This document shows positions 18,988-29,218 of a DNA stretch of 54,401 nt, one piece after another. This DNA is from a virus (Duplodnaviria > Caudoviricetes): IMG/VR virus record IMGVR_UViG_3300025327_001907, positions 1 to 54,401 of that record; one strand, written 5' to 3'. The notes under the pieces are model-generated. The model did no database searches. It saw nothing but the letters and a program-made list of their open reading frames with translations, and had not been told where the DNA came from. Position 1 is the first letter of the stretch. The number at the start of each line of letters is the position of its first letter. A program made the position numbers and the translations under genes.

Positions 18988-21900
18988 CTAGTCCATTCCG
19001 ATGAAGGCCAATCCTTCAAAGGTCACTTCATTCCGGCTGTATCCCGTCACAGTCGCAAGGTTCTCGGTCAGGTCTTGCCAGACTCCAGTGGGAGAGGGCG
19101 CGCGCATGAAGTAGATGACGTTCACGTTGTTGCCAATCTCTCCCTCTCCGCCGTACAGGATGTCCACCCGCGGATCGTAAGCAAGGGCAGTGATGATGTT
19201 GACGTTGGGGGGTGCGGCGACCGATTCGAATGTCAGCCCGTTGTCACGTGTACGATTCACGACGTTCGAGCCGATGCGCTTATAGAAATACTGATGGAAT
19301 CCAGCATTCATTGGATTCTGCGCAGGCTCATTTGAGGATGTACTGTACTGAACGAAGAGTGTCCAAGTTGCCCCCATATCGTCACTGCGATAGACAAACA
19401 CGTCATTCCCGGCGACATTCTCAAACGCCAGCAGGAAGCGCCCATTCTGGGCCGCCCAAAGACACATGACGGTGACTTCTGCGCTCGCGCCGGGCTCGCT
19501 CCGCGTCCAGTTGCTCCCACCATCTGTCGATCGCAGAACGACGATGTTACTCGCGGCACCGCGCCAACCGAGAACCATGATGCGATTCGCGTTCGTCAAA
19601 TCGACCCGGATGCGGTTGTACCGCGTGAACTGGCCCCCGCTGACGGTCGTGTCGTTGTAGACCTCCGTCCAGTTGTCCCCCCCGTCCGTGGACTTGTAGA
19701 TACGGTGCGGTTGGGCATCTCCGCCTCCCCCAACAGCCCAGAGAGTCCCGTCGGGGCTCTGGGTGATGTCAGCGCAGAGATCGACTGTGTTATCGAGCCA
19801 GGTGATGCCAAGGTTGGTCGAACGCTGAAGTGTGCGCCAAGTATTGACACCGCCCGACTGCCGAACCCGAAAGACCGTGTTTCCCATGCCGGGAAAACGG
19901 AAGAGCTTCTGGCGACCATCGGACACGCCGGCGGTATCTGACTGCTTAATCCAACCGCTCCCCTTCTGTCGCACGACCGTGGCGGTTTGGTTCCCGGACG
20001 TATCGCGGACGAGCGCCATGATGTCGTGTTCCTCGGGTCGCATGTAGTCAATCGCGACTTCCCACCCCACGGCTCCGACTGGCCAGGTCGTGTTCCACGG
20101 CGCGCCCTTGGGGCGTAGGAACTCCCACGTCAGACCGTAGTCGATGGACTTGGCCAGACCCTCGTCTGTCGGACAGAGGAACAGATCGCGCCAGGCGCCC
20201 ACCTGGATGAGGCTGTGGGGCCGGTTTCCAGCCGTGCCGGGCAACACGTCAGTCAACGTCTCCCAGTTCCGTCCGTCCTGGCTGCGGTAGAAGTTCTTGT
20301 CGTTGGCCACGAAGCCGAACAACTGGAGCTGGTTGGCATTGGTTGCGACACCACGACCGTCTACGGCCGGCAACCCGATGGCATCCACCCAGCCGGTGGG
20401 CACCTCGTAGAAGTTGGGGTCGGCGTAGATGAATGGCGGATTGCGGCCCGCAAACACAAGTCCGAGGTCGCCGGCCGTCCTGTGGGAGACGACCGCATCG
20501 ATGACGGTGTGGGCAGGGTTTCCTGTGGAAGCCGCGGCGCCGTCTCCCGGCACGATGTCGGATGTCCAGACGCCGGGGCCGTCCGGGATGTAGTGTGTGA
20601 TGAACCAGGTGGCGGGATCGGTGCCCTTGCCTCCCATCACCCAGAGCCGGTTGACCGTCGGTTCCGAGACCAACATCTTCGAGCAAGGCGTCGGGTCGAT
20701 CGCCTCGGTGCGCCCGACGAGCTGTTCCAGTGAGTGGCGCTTCACACCCGGCAGGAACGTCTTGAGGTTCACGTACAACGCCCAGGTGGCCCCGAAGTCC
20801 TGCGAGCGATAGATCAGCCCGGTTGAGGTCAAGACCCACACCACGGCCGGTACGAGAGGCGTCTTGACGATATCGACGACGGGGTTGGCGCTACCCGCGT
20901 CCAACACAAGCGTGAGGCTTGCGTTGTGATCAGCGGAGCGATAGATTCGGCCGGTCGTGGTGCCAAACAACAGGATGGGTGGATCGACCAAGGTCGTATT
21001 GAAGATCAACTCGACCACACGGGCCTCGCCACTCGGGGTTGATCGGTCAACCCATGTCTGGGCGCCGTCCCGGCTATACATACAGGTGTTTCCGGCTGCA
21101 ACGGCGATCAGGGGGACATACATCGGCTCGCCAGTAGCAGCGCTCAAACTGATCGTCTTCGAGATGGCGCGTGTAAGACCGGAATCGTCCGTAACGGTGT
21201 GCGTGACGGTGATGCTGCTGTCTACAGCGGGGTCGTATGCTTTGGTGATGACCTGCTTGTTCGGCCCGCTGATGTTCATCGCGCCGCCGGAGTAGTCATC
21301 CTGCCACTGATAGTTCACGATGGAACCATCGAAGTCGTAGGACTGGTCAGTGAAGGTCACGACCGTCTGGAGTGCGTTTCCGATCAGCTCGCGCTCGATG
21401 ACGTAGGTGAAGTCCGGCTGCGGCGCAACGAGTCCACCCGTACCGGACTGGTCTCCACCGAACAGGCTGAGGCTGGTCTCTGCATTCCCCGGTGCCAGAG
21501 AGTGACGGTAGCCCTGAACCCACCAGTTTCCCGTCTTTCCCGTCACCTCGGTGTCGTTGAGAGTGATGGTCGTGCCAAGAGACATCCGAGGGTCGAACGG
21601 AACCGTCATCTCTACTGTGTCGAGGATGCGGTGGTAACGGTCGAGAAGACGCAATGCAACCGTGGACGCCTTCTCGTTCGTATCGATCAGGTCGTTCTGA
21701 TAGGTCATGGCGTACAGCTCGGGATCGCCGACCGCGAGTGAATCGTCGTAGGTCAGGGCCTCCGCGCTAATCTGTGTCTCGGTTGCATTTCCCTCGGCGT
21801 CAGCGCCAATGATGACGGCGCCCTTGACGTAGACCTTCTTCTTCACCTGGTCTTCGTCCTCGTCATCGCCAATGTCGAGGATGCGGAGCTGAGGATACGT

Positions 21901-23040
21901 ACGTACGACCGCCTCGAACGCGGTGTCGCCGGCCACAGCCGACCAGGTGGTGCCATTGAATACGGAGGCCGCCCCATCGGCGTATCCCGGCGAAGAAGTG
22001 TCGAGACCAATCTCATAGTGGTTAGCACCATTGATGGCGCCTGTTCGAGAGATCACGAGCTGATAGCCGTTTCCCGTGCGAACGGTCGAATGCGTCAGGA
22101 AGATGAATGTCACCTTCTGGTATGCGCCCGTAAGGATGGAGCCGGGGAAGTCGAGAGCACCTCCAAGCACCTGCGCGGTCGGAAGGCCGCTGGAGGTTCC
22201 GCGAAGTTCGAAGTGGATGTAATCTGTGGGCGTCCCGACCTTGCGGAGCCAGACAGAGACCGCGACAAGACGCCCATTGGCCGAAACCTGGAAGCGTTGA
22301 CCGCGGGCCGTGTCGTTCGTCACGTCACCGATCTTGCCGGCCGCATCGATGTTCGAGTCACTGTACGAGACGGTGCTATCCGTCGTCTCGTCTCCGCCGG
22401 CGGTGTTCGTTCCATAGGCACGGAAGCCATTTGGCGCCGGTGCCTCCAGAAGGGGGCGAATGATGAGTGCCCCCGAGGGTGTCTCGTAGACACGGTGTCC
22501 GTCGATGTCCGCGACCTTGCGGATCATGTCTGATGGCGGCATTGAATCCATGACGGCCGTCTTCGCGGAGCCGAGAATGAGAGAGCTGAGAGACGCGTCC
22601 AGCGAATAGTTGGTGAACGGCGGGTTCAGGTCGTTTAGGATGTCCTCGATCACATCATCGGCGGCCGTATTCGTCCACGACTTCGCGGCGACTCGGTACG
22701 GGCGGGTGAGGACGGCCGTGGATCCCACGCAGTCGATCACATCCCCATCCGGGGTATGGCGCCGCTTCTTCACAGCCCCCGTGAACTGCCGGGGTGTCGA
22801 TCCGCTATAGCCGGCATCGATCCAAACGTCCATGTCGCGTTCAATCCAGGACGGGATGGAGACGAGGTTAATCGTAGCCGTCGAGGGCAACTGGTCGATC
22901 TGGAAGTCGATGTCACAGCCCTTGATGTTGCCCGCATCAGTGCTAAGACCGCTCGCGACCTGGATGCCGTTGATGTAAACGACAACCTCCGCCTTGCGGT
23001 CGATTGCGAAGATACCGTCATCAATGAAGGGGTTGGGCAC
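18988..23040 (-). CDS. tail tip/hub protein with PKD-like domain and BNR (Asp-box) beta-propellers
   Basis: Follows Dit; about 10 SxDxGxTW-like repeats; PKD-like FTDQSYDFDGSIVNYQW. Confidence 0.8.
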   Translation of the reverse strand: MPNPFIDDGIFAIDRKAEVVVYINGIQVASGLSTDAGNIKGCDIDFQIDQLPSTATINLVSIPSWIERDMDVWIDAGYSGSTPRQFTGAVKKRRHTPDGDVIDCVGSTAVLTRPYRVAAKSWTNTAADDVIEDILNDLNPPFTNYSLDASLSSLILGSAKTAVMDSMPPSDMIRKVADIDGHRVYETPSGALIIRPLLEAPAPNGFRAYGTNTAGGDETTDSTVSYSDSNIDAAGKIGDVTNDTARGQRFQVSANGRLVAVSVWLRKVGTPTDYIHFELRGTSSGLPTAQVLGGALDFPGSILTGAYQKVTFIFLTHSTVRTGNGYQLVISRTGAINGANHYEIGLDTSSPGYADGAASVFNGTTWSAVAGDTAFEAVVRTYPQLRILDIGDDEDEDQVKKKVYVKGAVIIGADAEGNATETQISAEALTYDDSLAVGDPELYAMTYQNDLIDTNEKASTVALRLLDRYHRILDTVEMTVPFDPRMSLGTTITLNDTEVTGKTGNWWVQGYRHSLAPGNAETSLSLFGGDQSGTGGLVAPQPDFTYVIERELIGNALQTVVTFTDQSYDFDGSIVNYQWQDDYSGGAMNISGPNKQVITKAYDPAVDSSITVTHTVTDDSGLTRAISKTISLSAATGEPMYVPLIAVAAGNTCMYSRDGAQTWVDRSTPSGEARVVELIFNTTLVDPPILLFGTTTGRIYRSADHNASLTLVLDAGSANPVVDIVKTPLVPAVVWVLTSTGLIYRSQDFGATWALYVNLKTFLPGVKRHSLEQLVGRTEAIDPTPCSKMLVSEPTVNRLWVMGGKGTDPATWFITHYIPDGPGVWTSDIVPGDGAAASTGNPAHTVIDAVVSHRTAGDLGLVFAGRNPPFIYADPNFYEVPTGWVDAIGLPAVDGRGVATNANQLQLFGFVANDKNFYRSQDGRNWETLTDVLPGTAGNRPHSLIQVGAWRDLFLCPTDEGLAKSIDYGLTWEFLRPKGAPWNTTWPVGAVGWEVAIDYMRPEEHDIMALVRDTSGNQTATVVRQKGSGWIKQSDTAGVSDGRQKLFRFPGMGNTVFRVRQSGGVNTWRTLQRSTNLGITWLDNTVDLCADITQSPDGTLWAVGGGGDAQPHRIYKSTDGGDNWTEVYNDTTVSGGQFTRYNRIRVDLTNANRIMVLGWRGAASNIVVLRSTDGGSNWTRSEPGASAEVTVMCLWAAQNGRFLLAFENVAGNDVFVYRSDDMGATWTLFVQYSTSSNEPAQNPMNAGFHQYFYKRIGSNVVNRTRDNGLTFESVAAPPNVNIITALAYDPRVDILYGGEGEIGNNVNVIYFMRAPSPTGVWQDLTENLATVTGYSRNEVTFEGLAFIGMD

Positions 23041-23041
23041 G

Positions 23042-23407
23042 TCAGCGCTCCAGGAATTCCCAAGAATAAGAATATCGCGCGCCCGGATTCACGGGCAGAA
23101 GCGTCGTGAAATCAGCGCGTATGATACGAGCGGAAATCGACCGGCCTTCACCATCCGTGAGAGTGGCTGTCACGCGGTTGCGCCCTTTGGTGAGCATGGT
23201 GTCGCGCGTAAGCTGGCCGCAGGTTCCCTGTACCGAACGGCGTCGGCTCTTAAAGCCCCAGGACGTGAGGATGGTGAGGTTTGCGTTGAGCGGGTCGTGC
23301 TCAATCAACTTCTCCTCCTCATTCCAATCGCCACTGGAGCCTCGAACGGGCGAGTCCGCGTAGGGGATGTCGTATCCGTCGAATGACCACTGGTTGGGGC
23401 CTGCCAT
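23042..23407 (-). CDS. minimal distal tail protein (Dit-like)
   Basis: Directly after tape measure; small beta-rich protein. Confidence 0.6.
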   Translation of the reverse strand: MAGPNQWSFDGYDIPYADSPVRGSSGDWNEEEKLIEHDPLNANLTILTSWGFKSRRRSVQGTCGQLTRDTMLTKGRNRVTATLTDGEGRSISARIIRADFTTLLPVNPGARYSYSWEFLER

Positions 23408-23419
23408 CACCGCACCTCG

Positions 23420-26302
23420 CTAAACTCGCGGAATACCGACACCGAGCGTTCCGAAGCGGGGTCGGACGAGCTTCGCGCGCGCCGCGGCTTCGTCCATCTT
23501 CGCGTCGATGATCTTGTGGACGGCGGCCTTGATGGCGCCGAAGTCCATCCCCATGCCGTCGATGTTCACGTCGATGTCGATGTTAGGCAGGCCGCGACCC
23601 CCGCCGCCGGCGGTGCGCATGGCCTGACCAACGTCTGGGTTGCGAATCACGTCAGAACCGCGTGGCAAGCGGATCAGCTCTGGCCCTTTTTCGCCGGCCA
23701 ATGCGAGACCGCCGGCGAAATTAGAGACACCGCGGGCGAATCCCACCAGACCCTTTCCAGCCTTGATCCCCCCACCAATGGCGCCCGTGATCTTCCCGGC
23801 ACCGGGGATCTTCTCGATCCAGCCCACGAGTTCTTTGATCTTGTCGATGATCTCCTGCACCGGCCCGACAATGGATTCCTTGATCGAAGTCCAGATGGTG
23901 CCCGCCACATCCTTCAGCGCGTTCCATTGTTCGGAAGCCACAGCTTTGATGAACGCCCACGCGTACCCGAGCGCGTCTCGGATCAGTCCGACCTTGAGGA
24001 GAACGTCCGTTTTGATGAACTCCCAGATGTCGGAGGCGAGCTGCTTGATCCCCTCCCACGCCTCGCCCCAGTCCCCGCGGATCGCGGCCATGACGATCTT
24101 GATGATGTCCCGGATCGCGTTGATCGCAAACGTGATCTGGTTCTTGATCATCTCGAACTGGAATTTGAAGAGCGTGACGAGCCACGGCAGCTTCTCGTTG
24201 AAGAAGTTGAGAATCGAATTCCAGACTTCGAGGGTCTTGGCCTTGATCTCGTCCCAGTGGCGTGACAGCCAACCGATCGCGATGATGATCGCGATGATGG
24301 CGGCCGGGATCGGGTTCAGATAGATGAGCAAGATGCCCAGCGCGATGATGATTGCGAAGAGGAGCAGTTTATGATCGGCCAGCCACTTCGCGAAGTCCGC
24401 GAGCGCCGGGATGACGTACATGACGAGCACGCCACCGATGACGCGAAGGCCCTCGACGAACGACTTCCAAAGCTCCTGGAAGGCGTCTGACCGGATGATG
24501 GCCATGAGTGCCTGGAAGGCAAAGACGACCTGATCCTTGATGGCGGCGCCGAACTCGAAGAGCCACTGGACGATAGCGGCGATGCGGTCTCCGGCACCCT
24601 CACCAAATACGGCCTTGAGGGCTGTTTCCAGCTCCCAGAAAAAGGCGTTCAGGTCGCCACGGAGCAGGGCCTTACCGGCTCGTTCGAAGAAGATCAGGGA
24701 GATGCGAAGCTCTTCGAGCTTCTGACGGATGTCCTTGAGCGGGATCTCCAACCCAAGGAAGTTGTGGAGAAGCTGCTTGAGCCCAGCCGCCACTGCCGAG
24801 AGATCCCCTGCGCGGAAGCCCTTGATGATAAAGTCGATGTCCTGGAAGCCGAGCCGGATGTTATCGAGAATTCCCAGCTTGTCGGCGATCATTACAAAGA
24901 AGTCGCCGATCTTACGCCCGAGATCACCCCACGTCATGTTCAGCTTGTCCATGACAAACAGCAGCGTCCCGAAGGTCACGGCGAAGATGAGGAAGGCAGG
25001 ATTGAGCGCAGACAATGCAAAACTGAGGGCGCCCATCGTCACCACGAGACCGATGAGACCCCCGACCGCGTTCCGCATCATGCGCACGAGAGGGTTATCG
25101 GATGCGATGAACTTGCTGATGCCGTCCAGTAACTTTCCGAGGATGCTGGATGCCCCACCACCGGCATCAGTCAGTGCGAGGAACTGCGACCCGAGGCGTT
25201 GGATCTTGAAGCGCAGCGCCTCCGACCGGATGGCGAATGCCTGGGCCAGCGCGCCGCCGTTTTCGCTGGCCATGTTCATCTGGCCGAGGATGTTCACCAG
25301 CTCCTTACCGTCGTCGGTCAGCAGAACAGTGGCGCCGCGGAACCCGCGCACCTCGTCGAAAATCTTGCCCATCGCCTCGGCGCCGCCGTTCGTCTTCTGC
25401 TGAATCTCCAACATGGCGCCGACGAGGCCCTTCGACGCGAGGGTCTCGGCACTCAGCTCGATACCCAAGGCTGCCGCAGACTTTCGCGCCTTATCGCTAG
25501 GCTTGATGAACTGGAGCATGATGCGGTTCAGCGACGTGGCCGCCTCAGCCGCGGGAATACCGCGCTTCGTAAGAACGGCCATGACCGTGCCCAGCTCTTC
25601 CAACGAGACATTGGCGATGGCCGCCGTACCGATGAAATCACCGATGTTCTGGGCGAGGTCTTCGAAGGAGAGGACACCGACATCAACCGTCTTGAAGAGG
25701 ATGTCTGCGACGTGCCGAGCCTGCTCCGCCGGCAACTGGAAGGCGTTTAGAACAGACACAATGGCCTTACCGGCCGTGGCGGCGTCCGTGAAGCCCGTGG
25801 TGGCTGCCTCGGCTGCCACGCGGGCGATATCGAGGGCCTGCTGGACGTTGAAGCCCGACTGAACGATGTCGAACATCGCGTCCGCGATATTGGCCGCACT
25901 CTTACCGGCCAGATCCCCCTTGCGCGCCAGATCGAGGAGCTGGGAGCGCAGTTCCGAAATGGTCTCGTTGGAGTCCTTGGTGATCGACTGAACCTTGCGT
26001 AGAGCTTCATCGAAATCGAGGGCGTGACCGATCACGCCGGTCATGATGTTGTTGATGGCGATCAGGGCGTTGAAGTACCCGGCGAAGAACACCGTCTGCT
26101 TCAACACGCCTCCACCAAGGATGTTGAAGGCGCCGGTGAGCTTGCCGGCCTTCGACGCGACGTTCGTCAGGCCGTTCCCGACGTTCTTCGCAGCGTTGCC
26201 GATGCGCTTGAAAGTGGAGTCCGCGGTGCGCGCGGCACGGTTGAGCCCGGTATCCCAGCTCTTGAGATCAACGAGGAGTTGAAGGACGACGCTCCGGGCC
26301 AT
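23420..26302 (-). CDS. tape measure protein (TP901-type)
   Basis: 960 aa helical, ADILFKT..G, hydrophobic segments, Trp-periodic repeats, GEKGPELI. Confidence 0.93.
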   Translation of the reverse strand: MARSVVLQLLVDLKSWDTGLNRAARTADSTFKRIGNAAKNVGNGLTNVASKAGKLTGAFNILGGGVLKQTVFFAGYFNALIAINNIMTGVIGHALDFDEALRKVQSITKDSNETISELRSQLLDLARKGDLAGKSAANIADAMFDIVQSGFNVQQALDIARVAAEAATTGFTDAATAGKAIVSVLNAFQLPAEQARHVADILFKTVDVGVLSFEDLAQNIGDFIGTAAIANVSLEELGTVMAVLTKRGIPAAEAATSLNRIMLQFIKPSDKARKSAAALGIELSAETLASKGLVGAMLEIQQKTNGGAEAMGKIFDEVRGFRGATVLLTDDGKELVNILGQMNMASENGGALAQAFAIRSEALRFKIQRLGSQFLALTDAGGGASSILGKLLDGISKFIASDNPLVRMMRNAVGGLIGLVVTMGALSFALSALNPAFLIFAVTFGTLLFVMDKLNMTWGDLGRKIGDFFVMIADKLGILDNIRLGFQDIDFIIKGFRAGDLSAVAAGLKQLLHNFLGLEIPLKDIRQKLEELRISLIFFERAGKALLRGDLNAFFWELETALKAVFGEGAGDRIAAIVQWLFEFGAAIKDQVVFAFQALMAIIRSDAFQELWKSFVEGLRVIGGVLVMYVIPALADFAKWLADHKLLLFAIIIALGILLIYLNPIPAAIIAIIIAIGWLSRHWDEIKAKTLEVWNSILNFFNEKLPWLVTLFKFQFEMIKNQITFAINAIRDIIKIVMAAIRGDWGEAWEGIKQLASDIWEFIKTDVLLKVGLIRDALGYAWAFIKAVASEQWNALKDVAGTIWTSIKESIVGPVQEIIDKIKELVGWIEKIPGAGKITGAIGGGIKAGKGLVGFARGVSNFAGGLALAGEKGPELIRLPRGSDVIRNPDVGQAMRTAGGGGRGLPNIDIDVNIDGMGMDFGAIKAAVHKIIDAKMDEAAARAKLVRPRFGTLGVGIPRV

Positions 26303-26801
26303 TTTCTTCCTGCTTGATCTCGTCCACCGGGTTCCCGTCTCCGTCCACCAAGCGGACGACGATCGGGAACGGCAGTAGACGCATCTGCGTCTCCGTCATC
26401 TGATCCAGCCGCGGCGTACCCCGCGGTGCGATGACGTTTCCTTGAGAGTCAGCAGGAAGACTCCGGGAGGAACTTCCGCGTCCTGCGGAAGGGGAGCCCG
26501 ACGAACTGCCGGAATGGGCGATCGGTTCGCCACCAAGGCTCTCCCAGAGGTCGTCGAAGGCTTCCTCCGACATCATCGGTGCGTGGAGGGTGAGTTGCCA
26601 ACGACGTTCTTCCCGGACTCGTTCTTCCAACCACCGGCTCACGCGCCGGAGCTGCGGATACGTCCACCTCACGACCTGGGGAATATCCAGGCCGTAAGCC
26701 GCCATGATGACCTCGACGCCGGTGCCTATGCCCCCGGCTGGTGCAGGCCGTTCGTCGGCGCCGTCGGGGGCGTCTGAAACTCCTGCACGATGGCTAAAAA
26801 A
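26268..26801 (-). CDS. tail assembly chaperone, -1 frameshift extension (gpGT-like)
   Basis: -1 frame is open from the slippery site to the stop at 26268. Confidence 0.8.
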   Translation of the reverse strand, partial: FFSHRAGVSDAPDGADERPAPAGGIGTGVEVIMAAYGLDIPQVVRWTYPQLRRVSRWLEERVREERRWQLTLHAPMMSEEAFDDLWESLGGEPIAHSGSSSGSPSAGRGSSSRSLPADSQGNVIAPRGTPRLDQMTETQMRLLPFPIVVRLVDGDGNPVDEIKQEENGPERRPSTPR

Positions 26802-27178
26802 TCCTGCACGAGGTCGCTCACGTCGTTCTGAGCGACGAACGCACGGACGATTCCCAACGCCTGGCGTGCGCTGAGGTGTTTGCGGATGTGATCCTCGTCA
26901 GCCTCCGCGTTGAGAACCACCGCAGCCACCTTCGGCAGAGCCTTGGGCAGCTTGGTCACCATCTTCAACCCGATCTTGAGCGTGTCGCCGGGCGCCGAGT
27001 TCTCCGCCGCGCCGGTGAGAAGATCGAGGCTGTCTGTTGCAATCAGCTCGTCCACCACCACTTCAAGAACCCTCCCGAGGTTCTCCAGCGCGAGGGGCTT
27101 CTGGGTGAAGGTCTTGTCGCCGATATTCCATATCACGGGAGTCGGCGTCAGAACCTCAAGGTCACTCTGCGTGTTCAT
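26726..27178 (-). CDS. tail assembly chaperone (gpG-like)
   Basis: Upstream of tape measure; slippery heptamer near its 3' end. Confidence 0.82.
   Translation of the reverse strand: MNTQSDLEVLTPTPVIWNIGDKTFTQKPLALENLGRVLEVVVDELIATDSLDLLTGAAENSAPGDTLKIGLKMVTKLPKALPKVAAVVLNAEADEDHIRKHLSARQALGIVRAFVAQNDVSDLVQDFLAIVQEFQTPPTAPTNGLHQPGA
26795..26801 (-). other. programmed -1 frameshift site T TTT TTA
   Basis: GAT TTT TTA in the zero frame; frames checked by hand. Confidence 0.85.
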
Positions 27179-27197
27179 CGTTTTCTCCTATCCCTCC

Positions 27198-27680
27198 CTA
27201 GACGGTCAACTTGACCGCCATCTTCTCCATCTCATCGGCGAGCGCGTCCTCCGCCTCGTCAACAGCGTCTTCCACGAACAGCGTGGGAGTCGGCTGGTTC
27301 ACGCCCTCGTGAACGAAATCCGCGTAGTCAACCCAGGAACCGACTTCAGAGACAATGTTGTCACCGTCCCAGCCAGCGGCCCGACTGGGGGCGCGGGCCG
27401 CGAGGTCGTTGTTCAATGCGCGATCGTGGTCATCGTCATGACTCGCGTCGGGCGGAGAGGCGTGAACGGAATTCATCAAACGGTGGGTTCGGATGTACCC
27501 GGAGGCGGCGGGTGGGGAACTGTAGACCCCCCGATCGAGGTTCTCCCGGACGATCTCCTGGACGCGGATGCCGGCCCGGCCCACCGCGGTCACGACGCTC
27601 TGGCGTTGGCGGATGCTCGCTCCGCGTAACGCGTCAGCGAAGGCCCTATCGCCCTTCCAGACGACCTGAAACGTCGCCAT
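27198..27680 (-). CDS. HK97 gp10-like tail completion protein
   Basis: RTHRLMNS, VGSWVDYADFVHEG, PTLF motifs. Confidence 0.75.
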   Translation of the reverse strand: MATFQVVWKGDRAFADALRGASIRQRQSVVTAVGRAGIRVQEIVRENLDRGVYSSPPAASGYIRTHRLMNSVHASPPDASHDDDHDRALNNDLAARAPSRAAGWDGDNIVSEVGSWVDYADFVHEGVNQPTPTLFVEDAVDEAEDALADEMEKMAVKLTV

Positions 27681-27752
27681 TCCGAGTCCTTTGGAGAGGG
27701 GCGTACAGGCACCGACACGCAGTCCCGTACGCCCCGAGTTGCCGTGTTCGGC

Positions 27753-28106
27753 TTAGTGGATCGGGCCGAGGTTGGTCGCCAGGTGCGCCGCCTCGTCACC
27801 GAGCCCGCCGGCCAGCTCGGCCTGCGTCAGCGAGCCGATGGTCGCGATGATCTCGCGCTCCACGTGGGGCGCCATCGTCGCGATCTGCATCATGAGCTGG
27901 GCCGTGTGAGGGCCGCAGCGCTCACCCAGCCGGTCGCGGGCGTTCGCGGTGTTCTGTGCGATGTTGGCGAAGCGCACGACGGTGGCGACCGCCGCGAAGA
28001 ACACGCACTCAGCGTCGCTGAGAGTCGCGTCGTCGGCCTCGAAACGATCGGCAACCGCATCGAGGTCGTCGTTGTCCGTCATCACCACTGCTGCTGCCAA
28101 AGCCAT
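27753..28106 (-). CDS. hypothetical protein
   Basis: AAGGAGG RBS; in tail operon. Confidence 0.65.
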   Translation of the reverse strand: MALAAAVVMTDNDDLDAVADRFEADDATLSDAECVFFAAVATVVRFANIAQNTANARDRLGERCGPHTAQLMMQIATMAPHVEREIIATIGSLTQAELAGGLGDEAAHLATNLGPIH

Positions 28107-28141
28107 GACTGTGCCTCCTTCGGGCTATGCCCGGTTGTTCC

Positions 28142-28759
28142 CTATGCGTATCGCTCCACTCCGACCTGGAAGAGCGTCGAGGTATCAGCGCGCGTCAGGT
28201 CAGCGATGGCCTTGTACGTACACTTCATGAGCTGGTCGCCCGACTTCGTGAAGCGGAGCGCCGCAGCCTCGCTCTGGTACGCGCGGAAGAGCATCACGTA
28301 CTGGTAACGGATGGTTCCGACTCCGTTGCTCGGAGCGGGGCCGTAGGCCGGGGTCACCAGCGTGACTGACTGCAAAGTGACCTCGCCGCTGCCGCGGCCA
28401 CCCTCGAAGATGTCCTTGCTTTGCGATCCTTCGCTCGGAGCCGCGTTCGTTGTCACCGCCACGAGGGTGTGCAAGAAGTCCTGGATGTTTGCATTCACCA
28501 GCTCCTTCATGGTGAATTCGAGCTGCGCCGACTCTTCGGTGGCGAAGACCGCCACGGGAGCGAGCGACTGTTCGGCCGGCACCTCGAAGTACGTGACCTC
28601 GTAGGTGAAGACAGCCTCGCCCTCAGTCAGTCCGACTTCCACGCCGGTCGGCGGAACGCCCGAACCATCGAGGTTGAGGGCCTGACCCGCCGTGGGCGGC
28701 GTGGTTCCCATGTAGATCCTGGCTGCTCCGACCCTGATGTTGGCCGCATTCAACGCCAT
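28142..28759 (-). CDS. major tail (tube) protein
   Basis: NIRVGAARIY, VGLTEGE, LEFTMKE; size and position. Confidence 0.82.
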   Translation of the reverse strand: MALNAANIRVGAARIYMGTTPPTAGQALNLDGSGVPPTGVEVGLTEGEAVFTYEVTYFEVPAEQSLAPVAVFATEESAQLEFTMKELVNANIQDFLHTLVAVTTNAAPSEGSQSKDIFEGGRGSGEVTLQSVTLVTPAYGPAPSNGVGTIRYQYVMLFRAYQSEAAALRFTKSGDQLMKCTYKAIADLTRADTSTLFQVGVERYA

Positions 28760-28771
28760 GATCATTCACTC

Positions 28772-29206
28772 CTAGCTCGCCCGGAGATGATCCAGGCACA
28801 ACCTGTAACCAAGCCGGAGAGCGTACTCCTCGTCACTGACCCGGCCGCGACTTTCATTAGGGTCGCGTTGTGCCCAGAACTCCATCGCCATCTGGGCCTG
28901 GCACCGCTTACTCCCGCGGAGAAACGGCTCGATTATGGCTAGGAGGTTGATGGCTTCTTGCCCATACACCCTCCAGTTCCATTGCCGACGCCACCCGCGA
29001 ACGATCCGCGAAACGGCGTTGTTGCTCTGTATAGAACCACCGAACGTGGCACAGAAATCAAGCAGTGCCATATCCGTATTCGTCACGGAGATTTCCAATC
29101 GGAAAGTTCGCTCCGTCGTTCTTCCGGTACCTCCCTGCCGAACCTGAATGCAGCCTTCACCGTCAAACAAACCGGCGAGGTAGGCCACACGTTCACGAAG
29201 GGCCAT
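28772..29206 (-). CDS. free-standing LAGLIDADG homing endonuclease
   Basis: AYLAGLFDGEGCI, ISVTNTD, FGGSI, PFLRGSKR; own AGGAGG RBS. Confidence 0.88.
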   Translation of the reverse strand: MALRERVAYLAGLFDGEGCIQVRQGGTGRTTERTFRLEISVTNTDMALLDFCATFGGSIQSNNAVSRIVRGWRRQWNWRVYGQEAINLLAIIEPFLRGSKRCQAQMAMEFWAQRDPNESRGRVSDEEYALRLGYRLCLDHLRAS

Positions 29207-29218
29207 CTCATTTGCCTC

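Noticed and set aside
27698-27735. Hairpin GGGGCGTAC/GTACGCCCC as terminator
   Set aside because: 20-nt loop and no U-tract; too weak to call
28772-29206. Group I intron around the LAGLIDADG gene
   Set aside because: Only about a dozen nt separate it from intact neighbours, each with its own RBS; no room for a ribozyme core
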